IMG/VR virus record: IMGVR_UViG_3300043411_001639 | Coordinates: 32,001-96,000 of that record | Length of the DNA: 64,000 nt | Strand: one strand, 5' to 3' | Source of the DNA: a virus | Part shown: positions 55,904-64,000 of the stretch, piece by piece | How positions within the stretch are numbered: the stretch's first letter is position 1 | Layout: each line of letters starts with the position of its first letter | Program-made: the position numbers and the translations under genes | The notes under the pieces: model-generated | Seen by the model: the letters and a program-made list of their open reading frames with translations, nothing else | Told to the model about the DNA's origin: nothing | Database searches by the model: none

Positions 55904-57120
55904 CAACCAAGAAAACAGTTTTATTAAAAGGTCCATTGTTAACAAAGAGTGGATACGGAGTTCATGCAAGACAGATAGCTAGTTGGTTGCTTGGTCATCA
56001 AGATAGTTTTGATATTACAACTCAGATACTTCCTTGGGGAACAACTCCTTGGATTCTTGATCCCAATGAACAAATAGGACTCACAGGTTTTTGTGTTGGT
56101 CAACTAATTCAAGCAGCAAATAACAAGAAACAGTTCTATGATATTTCAATCCAGATACAACTCCCTAATGAATGGGAACCATTCGCTGCTGGATATAATG
56201 TTGGAGTAACTGCTGGAGTTGAAACAACAACCTGTAACCCTGCCTGGATTACTAAAATTAACCAAATGGATCTTGTTATAGTTCCTTCGGAATTTACCAA
56301 ACAAACATTTCTTGATACAGGGAAAGTAACAACTCCTATCCACGTAATAGGAGAATCCTATCCAGATTGTTTTGACGTTGAATGTTATAAAACAAAACTT
56401 GGATATAAACTAGATGAACTTGAAACAGATTTTAATTTTCTAGCAGTAGGGCTACTAACTGGAAACAATCCTGAAAATGATAGAAAAAACATTCAATATC
56501 TTTTGAAATGGTTCTCAGAAACATTTAAAGGAGTGAGTTCCAAGGTGGGATTAATAGTTAAAACTTCTGCTGGAAGACTAACTCACCTTGATAGAACCAT
56601 GGTACATAATGTCTTGAATAAAACTCTGATTGAAAACAAGCTGGTAGAACCAGGAGTAGTTGGACCTAAGTTTTACTTTCTTCACGGAGATCTAACTGAT
56701 CTAGAGATGAAAGAACTTTATTCTCATTATAAAGTAAAAGCACTTATCAACTGTTCAAAAGGTGAAGGTTTTGGTTTGCCTGTTCTTGAAGCAGCAGCTT
56801 CAAGACTTCCAGTATTAGCAACAAACTGGAGTGGTTATCTTGATTTTCTTAACAAAGGAAAGTTTATTAAGTTTGATTATAAACTTGATGGTATTCATCC
56901 TTCAAGAATTGATGGTGAGATATTTGTTGAAGGAGCTAAGTGGGCCAATCCAATTGATGAAGATGTAAAGAAAAAACTTTTGAAGTTCTATAATCAACCT
57001 GAGATTCCTCAACAATGGGCTAAAGAACTTCAAAAAACTATTCAATCCGAATACTCATCAAAAGCTGTTAGAAAACTCTATGACAATCTTTTATTAGACT
57101 TGTTTAACGGAGTAAATTAA
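55900..57120 (+). CDS. GT4 glycosyltransferase
   Basis: SGYG, GEGFGLPVLEAAA..LPVLATNWSG. Confidence 0.92.
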   Translation: MTTKKTVLLKGPLLTKSGYGVHARQIASWLLGHQDSFDITTQILPWGTTPWILDPNEQIGLTGFCVGQLIQAANNKKQFYDISIQIQLPNEWEPFAAGYNVGVTAGVETTTCNPAWITKINQMDLVIVPSEFTKQTFLDTGKVTTPIHVIGESYPDCFDVECYKTKLGYKLDELETDFNFLAVGLLTGNNPENDRKNIQYLLKWFSETFKGVSSKVGLIVKTSAGRLTHLDRTMVHNVLNKTLIENKLVEPGVVGPKFYFLHGDLTDLEMKELYSHYKVKALINCSKGEGFGLPVLEAAASRLPVLATNWSGYLDFLNKGKFIKFDYKLDGIHPSRIDGEIFVEGAKWANPIDEDVKKKLLKFYNQPEIPQQWAKELQKTIQSEYSSKAVRKLYDNLLLDLFNGVN

Positions 57121-57122
57121 CC

Positions 57123-57449
57123 ATGTTAGGTTGGTCATTGTTTGTAGTTGTTCTTGGTTTGTTGATTGCTTCACTCATCTATCTCTATAGATTTTCTATG
57201 ATTATTCTTGAACAAGAGAGGATCTATGAGAGCGCAATAAAAGCTTTGGATGAACTAGAAAATAAATTCAGTGAGTTTGAATCAATGCCTGTCTATTTTG
57301 ATAATCCTAGTTCAAGAGAGATGTTCCTTGAATTTAAAAACAACATATTATTATCAAGGAATAAAATCTTAGAATTGATAGACCGTCTATTACTTTTCAG
57401 TAAGAAAAAATATATCATAATAGAAGAGACAGAAGAAAACGAAACATGA
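57123..57449 (+). CDS. membrane-anchored hypothetical protein
   Basis: N-terminal transmembrane helix. Confidence 0.7.
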   Translation: MLGWSLFVVVLGLLIASLIYLYRFSMIILEQERIYESAIKALDELENKFSEFESMPVYFDNPSSREMFLEFKNNILLSRNKILELIDRLLLFSKKKYIIIEETEENET

Positions 57450-58243
57450 AAAAAGATTTTGATGAATCAGAAATTAACCCTAACAACATAGAAGAAACTA
57501 TTCTAAGTTTCACAGGCAAAAAAAGAATGGTTCCAAGAAAGAAGATTGTTAGGAGAAATCCATCAGATACTTCCCCTAAGAAAAACTATTTTGATGAAAC
57601 CACACAGGACGCAATTGTAAGATTCCAGAAAGAATCTTCAATCCCTATCAAAAATCTCATCTATGAAAAAGAGATATCTCCAGCTTTTAATACACTTGTT
57701 GAAAATCTGATCAATGTTTACAAGTTTCAAGTAACCCAAGAAGATAAAACAGAACTAAGAAAAGAAGTAGTACATTTTTTATTTACTGTTTTACAAAAAT
57801 TTGATGCTGACAAAGGCTCAAAAGCTTTTTCGTATTTTAACGTTGTTGCTATGAACAAACTTACAATTCTATCAAAACAGAGTTCTAAGAACAATCAAAC
57901 ATTTGTTTCAATTGACAATAGAGAAGCTCTTAATTTGCATGAACAAGAAATGATTGAGATGCCCCCGGAAAACCTGTTTACTCCAGAAGAGTATAGAGAG
58001 AACATCCTGAAAATCTTAACAGAGTTGAAAACCAGAACTAAAAACGCTAATGAAACTGTATGTATTGAAGCTATATTTACTCTGATTGAAAACATTGAAA
58101 AAGTTGAGATTGTAAACAAAAGAGCAGTTCTTGCTTATCTCAGAGACATTACAGGATTTAAACCCAAACAACTTTCAGTCTATATGAGTCAATTAAAAAA
58201 GAACTACAAACTTGTTAGAAAAGAAGGTCTATTTTTTCTATGA
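57446..58243 (+). CDS. phage late RNA polymerase sigma factor (gp55-like)
   Basis: KNYF, KFDADKGSKAFSYF (sigma region 2). Confidence 0.75.
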   Translation: MKKDFDESEINPNNIEETILSFTGKKRMVPRKKIVRRNPSDTSPKKNYFDETTQDAIVRFQKESSIPIKNLIYEKEISPAFNTLVENLINVYKFQVTQEDKTELRKEVVHFLFTVLQKFDADKGSKAFSYFNVVAMNKLTILSKQSSKNNQTFVSIDNREALNLHEQEMIEMPPENLFTPEEYRENILKILTELKTRTKNANETVCIEAIFTLIENIEKVEIVNKRAVLAYLRDITGFKPKQLSVYMSQLKKNYKLVRKEGLFFL

Positions 58244-58695
58244 ACAATCTTGGTGACCTTGAACAACTAGATAAATTCCAACCTTTAACAAAACTAGCTC
58301 TTGAAACAGAAGTTGAAAAACAAACCAGAGAGTTTCAAGAACTTCTAGTTGAACTTTCAAACGTAGATATTAAACTAAAAGTTATCTGGACTCAAATATA
58401 TAACAATGCTCTGTTTGATAGAAAAAATGCTTATTTAGCATTCATAGACCTATATGCTAAGGTTCATGGTATTGAAGAAAAACATGCACTTCACGCTCAG
58501 AACGTTGTTAAATACCTAGAAAGAATGGAAAAATCTAACGAGCAACTAGTCAAGGTAGCAAAACTAATTCAAGAAGCTATTAGAGATAAACCCGAAGAAC
58601 CAGAAGAAAGCGAAAGTGGTTTTAAAGCCAACAAACCTTCTAATAATCCAAGAAATATATTTCAACAACTAAAACAAAAACAAAACAATGAGTAG
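58240..58695 (+). CDS. hypothetical helical protein
   Basis: KYLERMEKSNEQLVK; coupled to the sigma gene. Confidence 0.7.
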   Translation: MNNLGDLEQLDKFQPLTKLALETEVEKQTREFQELLVELSNVDIKLKVIWTQIYNNALFDRKNAYLAFIDLYAKVHGIEEKHALHAQNVVKYLERMEKSNEQLVKVAKLIQEAIRDKPEEPEESESGFKANKPSNNPRNIFQQLKQKQNNE

Positions 58696-60253
58696 TAATG
58701 TTTCAAGAAGAATAATAGGGGGAGTAGGTTCAAACCATGTTGATACTCAACAAGGAATTAGAGATGGTAATGCTCCTAGTTTACACAATGTAGTTGTAGT
58801 AGATGTTATTTGTGATCCAGAAACTTACACAGAAGCAGAAAAAACAGACCTAAAACAAAAACTTAACAATCCAGAGTTTGTTGATCTAATGCCAGAAAAC
58901 AGCATAGTTGGGAGGGTGATCAACGATGGACATGACCTTACAAATTCAAAACCAAGTTTGTTCTATCCTTTTTTTAGTTCTCATTTTGCTTTACCTGTTA
59001 GACCTGGAGAACAAGTATCTGTAATCTATGATGATTTTCAACAACATGGTTTAAATCTTGGTAGATGGCTAACAAGAGTAAGAGAGAATGAGTTTGTTGA
59101 AGATCCAAACTATACTCATGGGGATAGAAAATATGATCCAGAGTTGTTAGCTCCTGGTCAAAGAACTAGTCAACAAGCAGCGGGACCTCCCTCTTCTCCT
59201 AATCCTCCAGGTTTTCCAAACGGAACAGGTGTTCAGGGAGGTTATACTCTTAGTCAAGAAGGAAATCAGAATCCCTATAATAAAATACTGGAGAGTTCTA
59301 GAATAAGAAATCTTGTTACTTTTGAGCCTGTTCCACGTTGGGTTAAAAGACCACAAGAGTTTGTTTTACAAGGCACGAATAACACTCTTCTGGTTTTAGG
59401 AGAAGATCGTACAGGACCAGCTATAAGAGTTTCAGGAAGTGAACAACAAGACAGAAATAGTTTTGCAGGAACTATAGATGTTGTTTGTGGAAGAGGAAGA
59501 AACAACTTGCCTTATTCAGAATCAACAGTTCCTTCTGGTAATGACACTGCCCCTGTTGTAGTAACAAACACTAGAAGAAAACTTGAAACAGACAAAACTC
59601 CTAGAAAGAGAAATAGATCAAGAAATCCCAAAGAAGGCCAACCGGATTTTACTAAAGATGCTGCCCGTATCTATGTTTCTATGAACACACTAGGAGACAG
59701 AAACTTTGGTTTAGTTAGAGATTTCTACCCGACCAACGTTCTAAAACCCGACCAACTTCCAGCTAACAACACTGGTATTGGAAATTCATATGTTATACAA
59801 AAAGCTGATAATATTAGGATAATAGGAAGAAAAGAAACTACTCCCACTATCAACGGTTCAATTTTGATTCTTAAAGAAGGAACTAAAGATGAAGACCTTA
59901 GTTATATTTTTCTTGACAGAACAGGCAAGATTCAATTAGAAGGATCAGAGATATTTCTTGGTCAGAGTACCGAAAAAACAGATCCTTATATTAAATTTTC
60001 TGTCTATAAAGAACATATCAGAGAGTTGAAAACTCAGATTAAAACATTGGCAGATCAAGTGCAAGCTATAACAATCGCTTATAATGCTGCTTTTCAACTT
60101 TCTATTGCTATTCCTTTAATTCCTATAGCTACACTTGTTGCAGTAGGTCCTACTGTTCAAACCCAAACAACAACAGTTGTAACAGCAGTCAAAACAGCGG
60201 TTGATACAATTAATGCTGATGATGCTAAAAGTGAAAAGATTTTTGGAGAATAA
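58688..60253 (+). CDS. baseplate hub/spike protein (gp5-like)
   Basis: PVRPGEQV OB-fold motif, LQGTNN..LG; next to gp25 and gp6 genes. Confidence 0.65.
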   Translation: MSSNVSRRIIGGVGSNHVDTQQGIRDGNAPSLHNVVVVDVICDPETYTEAEKTDLKQKLNNPEFVDLMPENSIVGRVINDGHDLTNSKPSLFYPFFSSHFALPVRPGEQVSVIYDDFQQHGLNLGRWLTRVRENEFVEDPNYTHGDRKYDPELLAPGQRTSQQAAGPPSSPNPPGFPNGTGVQGGYTLSQEGNQNPYNKILESSRIRNLVTFEPVPRWVKRPQEFVLQGTNNTLLVLGEDRTGPAIRVSGSEQQDRNSFAGTIDVVCGRGRNNLPYSESTVPSGNDTAPVVVTNTRRKLETDKTPRKRNRSRNPKEGQPDFTKDAARIYVSMNTLGDRNFGLVRDFYPTNVLKPDQLPANNTGIGNSYVIQKADNIRIIGRKETTPTINGSILILKEGTKDEDLSYIFLDRTGKIQLEGSEIFLGQSTEKTDPYIKFSVYKEHIRELKTQIKTLADQVQAITIAYNAAFQLSIAIPLIPIATLVAVGPTVQTQTTTVVTAVKTAVDTINADDAKSEKIFGE

Positions 60254-60262
60254 TAAATACAA

Positions 60263-60508
60263 ATGCTAGAAGAACAACTTAAAAGAAACATAGAGAGTGC
60301 GTTAGAACTTCAAGGAGCTACAACAGCGGAAGGTGGTCAAACAGCTAAACAACAAATTGTAAATAACCTAGCTAGGGCTATTGAAGTTTATACAAAAGCA
60401 AAACTACAAGAAATGAAAGTTGCTCTTGTAACTCCTGGTGCTTTTCAAGGAGTTGGTACTGGAACTGTTATTATTACAGCAGTTAGTTTGAATACTTATA
60501 ACCCATGA
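60263..60508 (+). CDS. small baseplate-region protein
   Basis: LARAIEVY; context. Confidence 0.6.
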   Translation: MLEEQLKRNIESALELQGATTAEGGQTAKQQIVNNLARAIEVYTKAKLQEMKVALVTPGAFQGVGTGTVIITAVSLNTYNP

Positions 60509-60987
60509 CCACAGAGAGTTTTATATCATTTAAAAACGTAGGATTTCGTCAGTTTGAACAACGTTACCTCTCTCCAGTTTCTCAGAGTGTTACTCCAATA
60601 GGAATTAAAACTCCTGTTTCTTTTGGAAACAGTTCAGAGGGTTTATTTTCTATGAACTATACTCTTGAAGATCAGATAAATGATAACCTAAAATCTCTGA
60701 TTAAAACAAATCATGGTGAACGAGTTGTGTTATACGACTACGGTGCTAACTTACAACCTTTAGCAACTGAATATTCAAACAAAGAAAACTACACAACAGA
60801 TGCTATGGAAAGAATTAATACTTGTGTTACCAAATATATGCCTTTTGTTCAACTTGAAGGATTTAGAGCAGAACCAAGATATAATGACAATCAATATGTT
60901 GGAGTAATTGACAACTACTTAGTTTATTCTGTTTCCAGAGTGAATATTAACTCAAAAACTCTAGTTGTTAGAATTTTTGCTATTTAA
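60505..60987 (+). CDS. baseplate wedge protein (gp25-like)
   Basis: QINDNLKSLIKTNHGER..DYGANL..KYMPFV. Confidence 0.85.
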   Translation: MTTESFISFKNVGFRQFEQRYLSPVSQSVTPIGIKTPVSFGNSSEGLFSMNYTLEDQINDNLKSLIKTNHGERVVLYDYGANLQPLATEYSNKENYTTDAMERINTCVTKYMPFVQLEGFRAEPRYNDNQYVGVIDNYLVYSVSRVNINSKTLVVRIFAI

Positions 60988-61004
60988 AGTTTATACTCAA
61001 AGAT

Positions 61005-61103
61005 ATGGCTAGAAGAAAAAAAAGAAGTCACTACAAAACAGGTGTTCATATCAGTAGCAAGTGTACTTCTGGTAAGATAAAATATAGAAGCGGGTGGGAA
61101 TAA
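61005..61103 (+). pseudogene. orphaned 5' end of the gp4-like gene (32 aa ending YRSGWE*)
   Basis: synonymously diverged copy of 61249-61338. Confidence 0.8.
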
Positions 61104-61276
61104 CGGATCTGGTTGGGAAAATTTTTATAGATCATAATCATTTCAATAATCAACGAAGAGGTTTGTTGTGCAGGCAGTGTAATACTGCACTTGGAATGCT
61201 AAAAGAAAATGTTAACACAATAGAAAAAATGAAAGAATATATTTTAAAATGGCAAAAAGAAGAAAACATTACATAA
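61094..61276 (+). mobile_element. endonuclease VII-type homing endonuclease remnant (C-terminal part)
   Basis: IDHNH..RRGLLCRQCNTALG..YI; no N-terminal CxxC. Confidence 0.75.
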
Positions 61277-61657
61277 CTGGTACTCATGTTTCTAGCAAAT
61301 GTACCTCTGGTAAGATAAAATACCGTAGCGGTTGGGAGAGACAGGTAATTTTTTTTTTTAGATAATAATCCCCTAGTAGCTTCATATGGTTATGAATGTT
61401 TAAAAATTCCTTATGTAGCAAACTATAAAACAGGCAAAATTAGAATCTATTTTCCTGATTTTTTAATCACTTATACTAATGGAGAAAGAAAACTTGTTGA
61501 AGTTAAAAGAATGGACAAGATAGGAACAGCTTCTGTTATCAAGAAAAGTGCTGCCGCTAGAACTTGGTGTGATGGAAATAACGTTGTGTTTGAAATATGG
61601 TCAAATACAATTATAGAAGGAATCAGAAAGATTAATGAATCAAAGGGATTGAAATGA
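61249..61657 (+). CDS. head completion nuclease (T4 gp4/TnsA-like), frameshifted at a T11 run
   Basis: YRSGWE, then with one T fewer in 61349-61359: LDNNP..YE..IPY..YFPDF..LVEVK..AARTWC. Confidence 0.8.
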
Positions 61658-62298
61658 CAACAAGTAAACACCAATGTTTAGGATTAGACATCTCAACTAG
61701 TGTAGTAGGTTTTTGTACTCTTGCAGGAGAAGACATTTGGGAGATAGAAGAAGATGGTGAGTTGATAGTTGAACAAGGAAGATTAGAAACTCTTGACGCT
61801 ATCAAACTTACTGGTACTAAACTAGAAAATCTCTGGCAAAAAGCTGATTATGTTAGTGACTGGTTTTTCAACTGGAGATCAAAAAATCCAGATATAGTCA
61901 TAACGAAGATATTTGTTGAAGAGAACGCTAAGAGATTTGCAGAGGGTTTTACAAGTGCTGATGTTATTTTAACTTTAGCTAAATTTAATGGTATCGTTAG
62001 TTACCTGGCACATAAAACCTTTGATGCAGAAGTTTTTAATATCAACGTAACCAAGGCAAGATCTGCTATTGGTTTTAAAAATAAACTTGATGGTGCAATA
62101 GATCCTTTAACAAAGAAAAAAATGACTGTTAAAGAAAAAGTATTTAATCATGTTATAGCACTTCATCCTGAGTTTCCTTGGAAAAAACATATAGCAAAAT
62201 CAGGTAGTCATAAAGGAAATGAAGTTTTTGATGACTGTTCAAGGGATATGTGTGATGCCTATGTTGTTTGTAAAGGTGGAATGTCTATAATTACATAA
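61654..62298 (+). CDS. RuvC-like Holliday junction resolvase
   Basis: LGLDISTSVVG, IFVEE, LAKFNG, DMCDAY. Confidence 0.82.
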   Translation: MTTSKHQCLGLDISTSVVGFCTLAGEDIWEIEEDGELIVEQGRLETLDAIKLTGTKLENLWQKADYVSDWFFNWRSKNPDIVITKIFVEENAKRFAEGFTSADVILTLAKFNGIVSYLAHKTFDAEVFNINVTKARSAIGFKNKLDGAIDPLTKKKMTVKEKVFNHVIALHPEFPWKKHIAKSGSHKGNEVFDDCSRDMCDAYVVCKGGMSIIT

Positions 62299-62299
62299 C

Positions 62300-64000
62300 A
62301 TGCCTATCAATGATTCTAGAAGACAGCAAATCAGAGAAAGAAAATATCTAAACAAAGATTTTGAAGGATTCTACAACGATCTTCAAGAATATTCAAGAAC
62401 TTATTTTAATCAAGTAAATAAAGATTTGAGTGAAAACAGTGTAGGTGGAATGATGGTAGAGCTAGGAGCTTTCATAGGAGATAACCTTTCTTATTACCTT
62501 GATCATCAGTTTCAGGAACTTGACTATGAGACCATGGTTGAACCAAAGAACATTGAGAGAGAACTAAAAAACTCAGGTGTTAAAATAGTAGGTTCAAGTC
62601 CTTCTGTACTTGACATAACTTTTTATTTTAAAATTCCAAGCCTATCTGGAACAACTCCAACAACTTATGATCCAGCAGGTTTGCCTTGTGTACACATGGG
62701 AACTAAGTTTATTTCAGAATCAGGGGTTAGTTTTGAACTGATAGAAGATTTAGATTTTACAGAACTAGATTTTGCTGGAAACTATAAGTTTGATATTCTG
62801 ATAGGAGAACAAGATCCTTCAACAAACAGACCTCTAAATTGGTTGATTTCAAGAACAGGAATAGCGGTATCAGGCCAGAGAGAAACAGAAAGTTTCTCTC
62901 TTGGTAGTTTTGAAGCTTTTAAACGAATAACTCTTTCTAAAGAAAATATAACAGAGGTTGTTTCGGTGTTTGATTCTGAAGGAAATGAATATTATCAGGT
63001 AGAAAACCTGACACATGCAAGTGTCTTTAAAAAGATAAGAAATATTAAACAAGACCAAGATGTGGTACCACACCATCTTGAAATAATTCCAGCACCTTAT
63101 AGATTCACAGAAGAAACAAGTCTTAATACAAGACTTACAACTTTGGTTTTTGGAGGAGGGAGTGCGGATAGGTATGAAACAGAAGATGATGATATCATTC
63201 CAGATCCAAGTGAATATGCTCTTCCACTTTATGGTAAAAATACTGTTTCAAGATTTAGTATTAATCCTTCAAATCTATTAACAACTACAACTTTAGGGAT
63301 ATTAACTCCTAACACCACATTAACCATTGATTATAGATATGGTGGTGGTTTATCTCATAATATTGAGAAAGAAACTATAAAATCAATTACTGATCTAAGA
63401 ATAACATTTCCAAACAACCCTAGTCCTACTATTTCAGCTCTGGTAGTGCAATCAGCAGATGCTAACAACCTAAAAAGAGCTTCAGGCGGAGAAGATCCTT
63501 TAACTTTAGAAGAACTGAAACAGAAGATTCCTTCTGAAAGAGCAGCACAATCTAGAATAGTAGAACAAAGAGATCTTCTAGCAAGGATCTATAAAATGCC
63601 CACTACTTTTGGGCGTGTATTTTCAGCTAGTGCTTGGCCCAACTTAAATAATCCTCTTGCTACAAGTTTGTTTGTAATTTGTAGAGATAGTAATAAAAAC
63701 TATATTCAAGCGCCAGATACTCTGAAGAAAAATCTTGCTTTATATCTTAATGAATATAGATTAACAAATGATTCAATTGATATTTTAGATGCTCAGGTAA
63801 TAAACTTACAACTAAGATTTATAGTTAATTTAAGTCAAGGGTCAAACAAACAGTTAGTTTTGCAAACTATCATTCAAAAACTAAAGAAATATTTCTCTTC
63901 TGGAAACTTCAAGATTGATTATCCAATCTCTATGGATGATGTAAGAAACCTTATTTATAACACTCAACATGTTGAATCAGTTGAGCAAATCATGTTTACT
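62300..64000 (+). CDS. baseplate wedge protein (gp6-like), 3' truncated by the window
   Basis: begins MPINDSRRQQIRERKYLNKDF..GDNLSYYLDHQF; absent from the ORF track because no stop lies in the window. Confidence 0.85.
   Translation, partial: MPINDSRRQQIRERKYLNKDFEGFYNDLQEYSRTYFNQVNKDLSENSVGGMMVELGAFIGDNLSYYLDHQFQELDYETMVEPKNIERELKNSGVKIVGSSPSVLDITFYFKIPSLSGTTPTTYDPAGLPCVHMGTKFISESGVSFELIEDLDFTELDFAGNYKFDILIGEQDPSTNRPLNWLISRTGIAVSGQRETESFSLGSFEAFKRITLSKENITEVVSVFDSEGNEYYQVENLTHASVFKKIRNIKQDQDVVPHHLEIIPAPYRFTEETSLNTRLTTLVFGGGSADRYETEDDDIIPDPSEYALPLYGKNTVSRFSINPSNLLTTTTLGILTPNTTLTIDYRYGGGLSHNIEKETIKSITDLRITFPNNPSPTISALVVQSADANNLKRASGGEDPLTLEELKQKIPSERAAQSRIVEQRDLLARIYKMPTTFGRVFSASAWPNLNNPLATSLFVICRDSNKNYIQAPDTLKKNLALYLNEYRLTNDSIDILDAQVINLQLRFIVNLSQGSNKQLVLQTIIQKLKKYFSSGNFKIDYPISMDDVRNLIYNTQHVESVEQIMFT

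Noticed and set aside
61104-61248. Group I intron in the gp4-like gene
   Set aside because: Too short, no recognisable core helices, and the downstream copy already has its own complete 5' end.
1508-63076. Many short ORFs nested antisense to longer genes
   Set aside because: No RBS or motifs; expected by chance opposite real genes.

Overview
A 64-kb piece of a large, AT-rich, T4-like (jumbo) myovirus genome read in the standard genetic code. (1) 1-23.1 kb is an early region of about 60 small, almost all plus-strand hypothetical genes. It is punctuated by 20 copies of a sigma70 promoter cassette (TTGCAW-17 bp-TARDST), a 13-bp palindromic operator family, sigma54-type -24/-12 boxes and six tRNAs that all read AT-rich codons (TTA, TTG, ATA, AGA x2, AAA). 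GC rises by eye from AT-rich to very GC-rich at 20.9-23.1 kb and then drops abruptly, which suggests a genome end and a high-GC, sigma54-using host (myxobacterium-like; inference). (2) 23.2-26 kb holds three tandem protein kinases and a GNAT acetyltransferase. With a fourth kinase and a lone reverse-strand gene, they share an N-terminal F/W-x-L/F-x-E tag resembling the T4 capsid-targeting sequence, so they may be virion-packaged, injected effectors. (3) 26-38.5 kb holds two lysins, YkuK, YkgJ, a degenerate GroEL, Hc1, PIN-PhoH and SGS-rich structural proteins. (4) 38.6-57.1 kb has a prim-pol fused to a glycosyltransferase, a Cas4-like nuclease and a roughly 16-kb glycosylation island (about 9 GT domains including GT6, 3 nucleotide-sugar enzymes, 3 methyltransferases). 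(5) 57.4-64 kb has a late sigma factor, baseplate genes, a gp4-like head-completion nuclease with a duplicated 5' end and an endonuclease VII scar, and RuvC. All product calls come from motif recognition by eye, not database searches.
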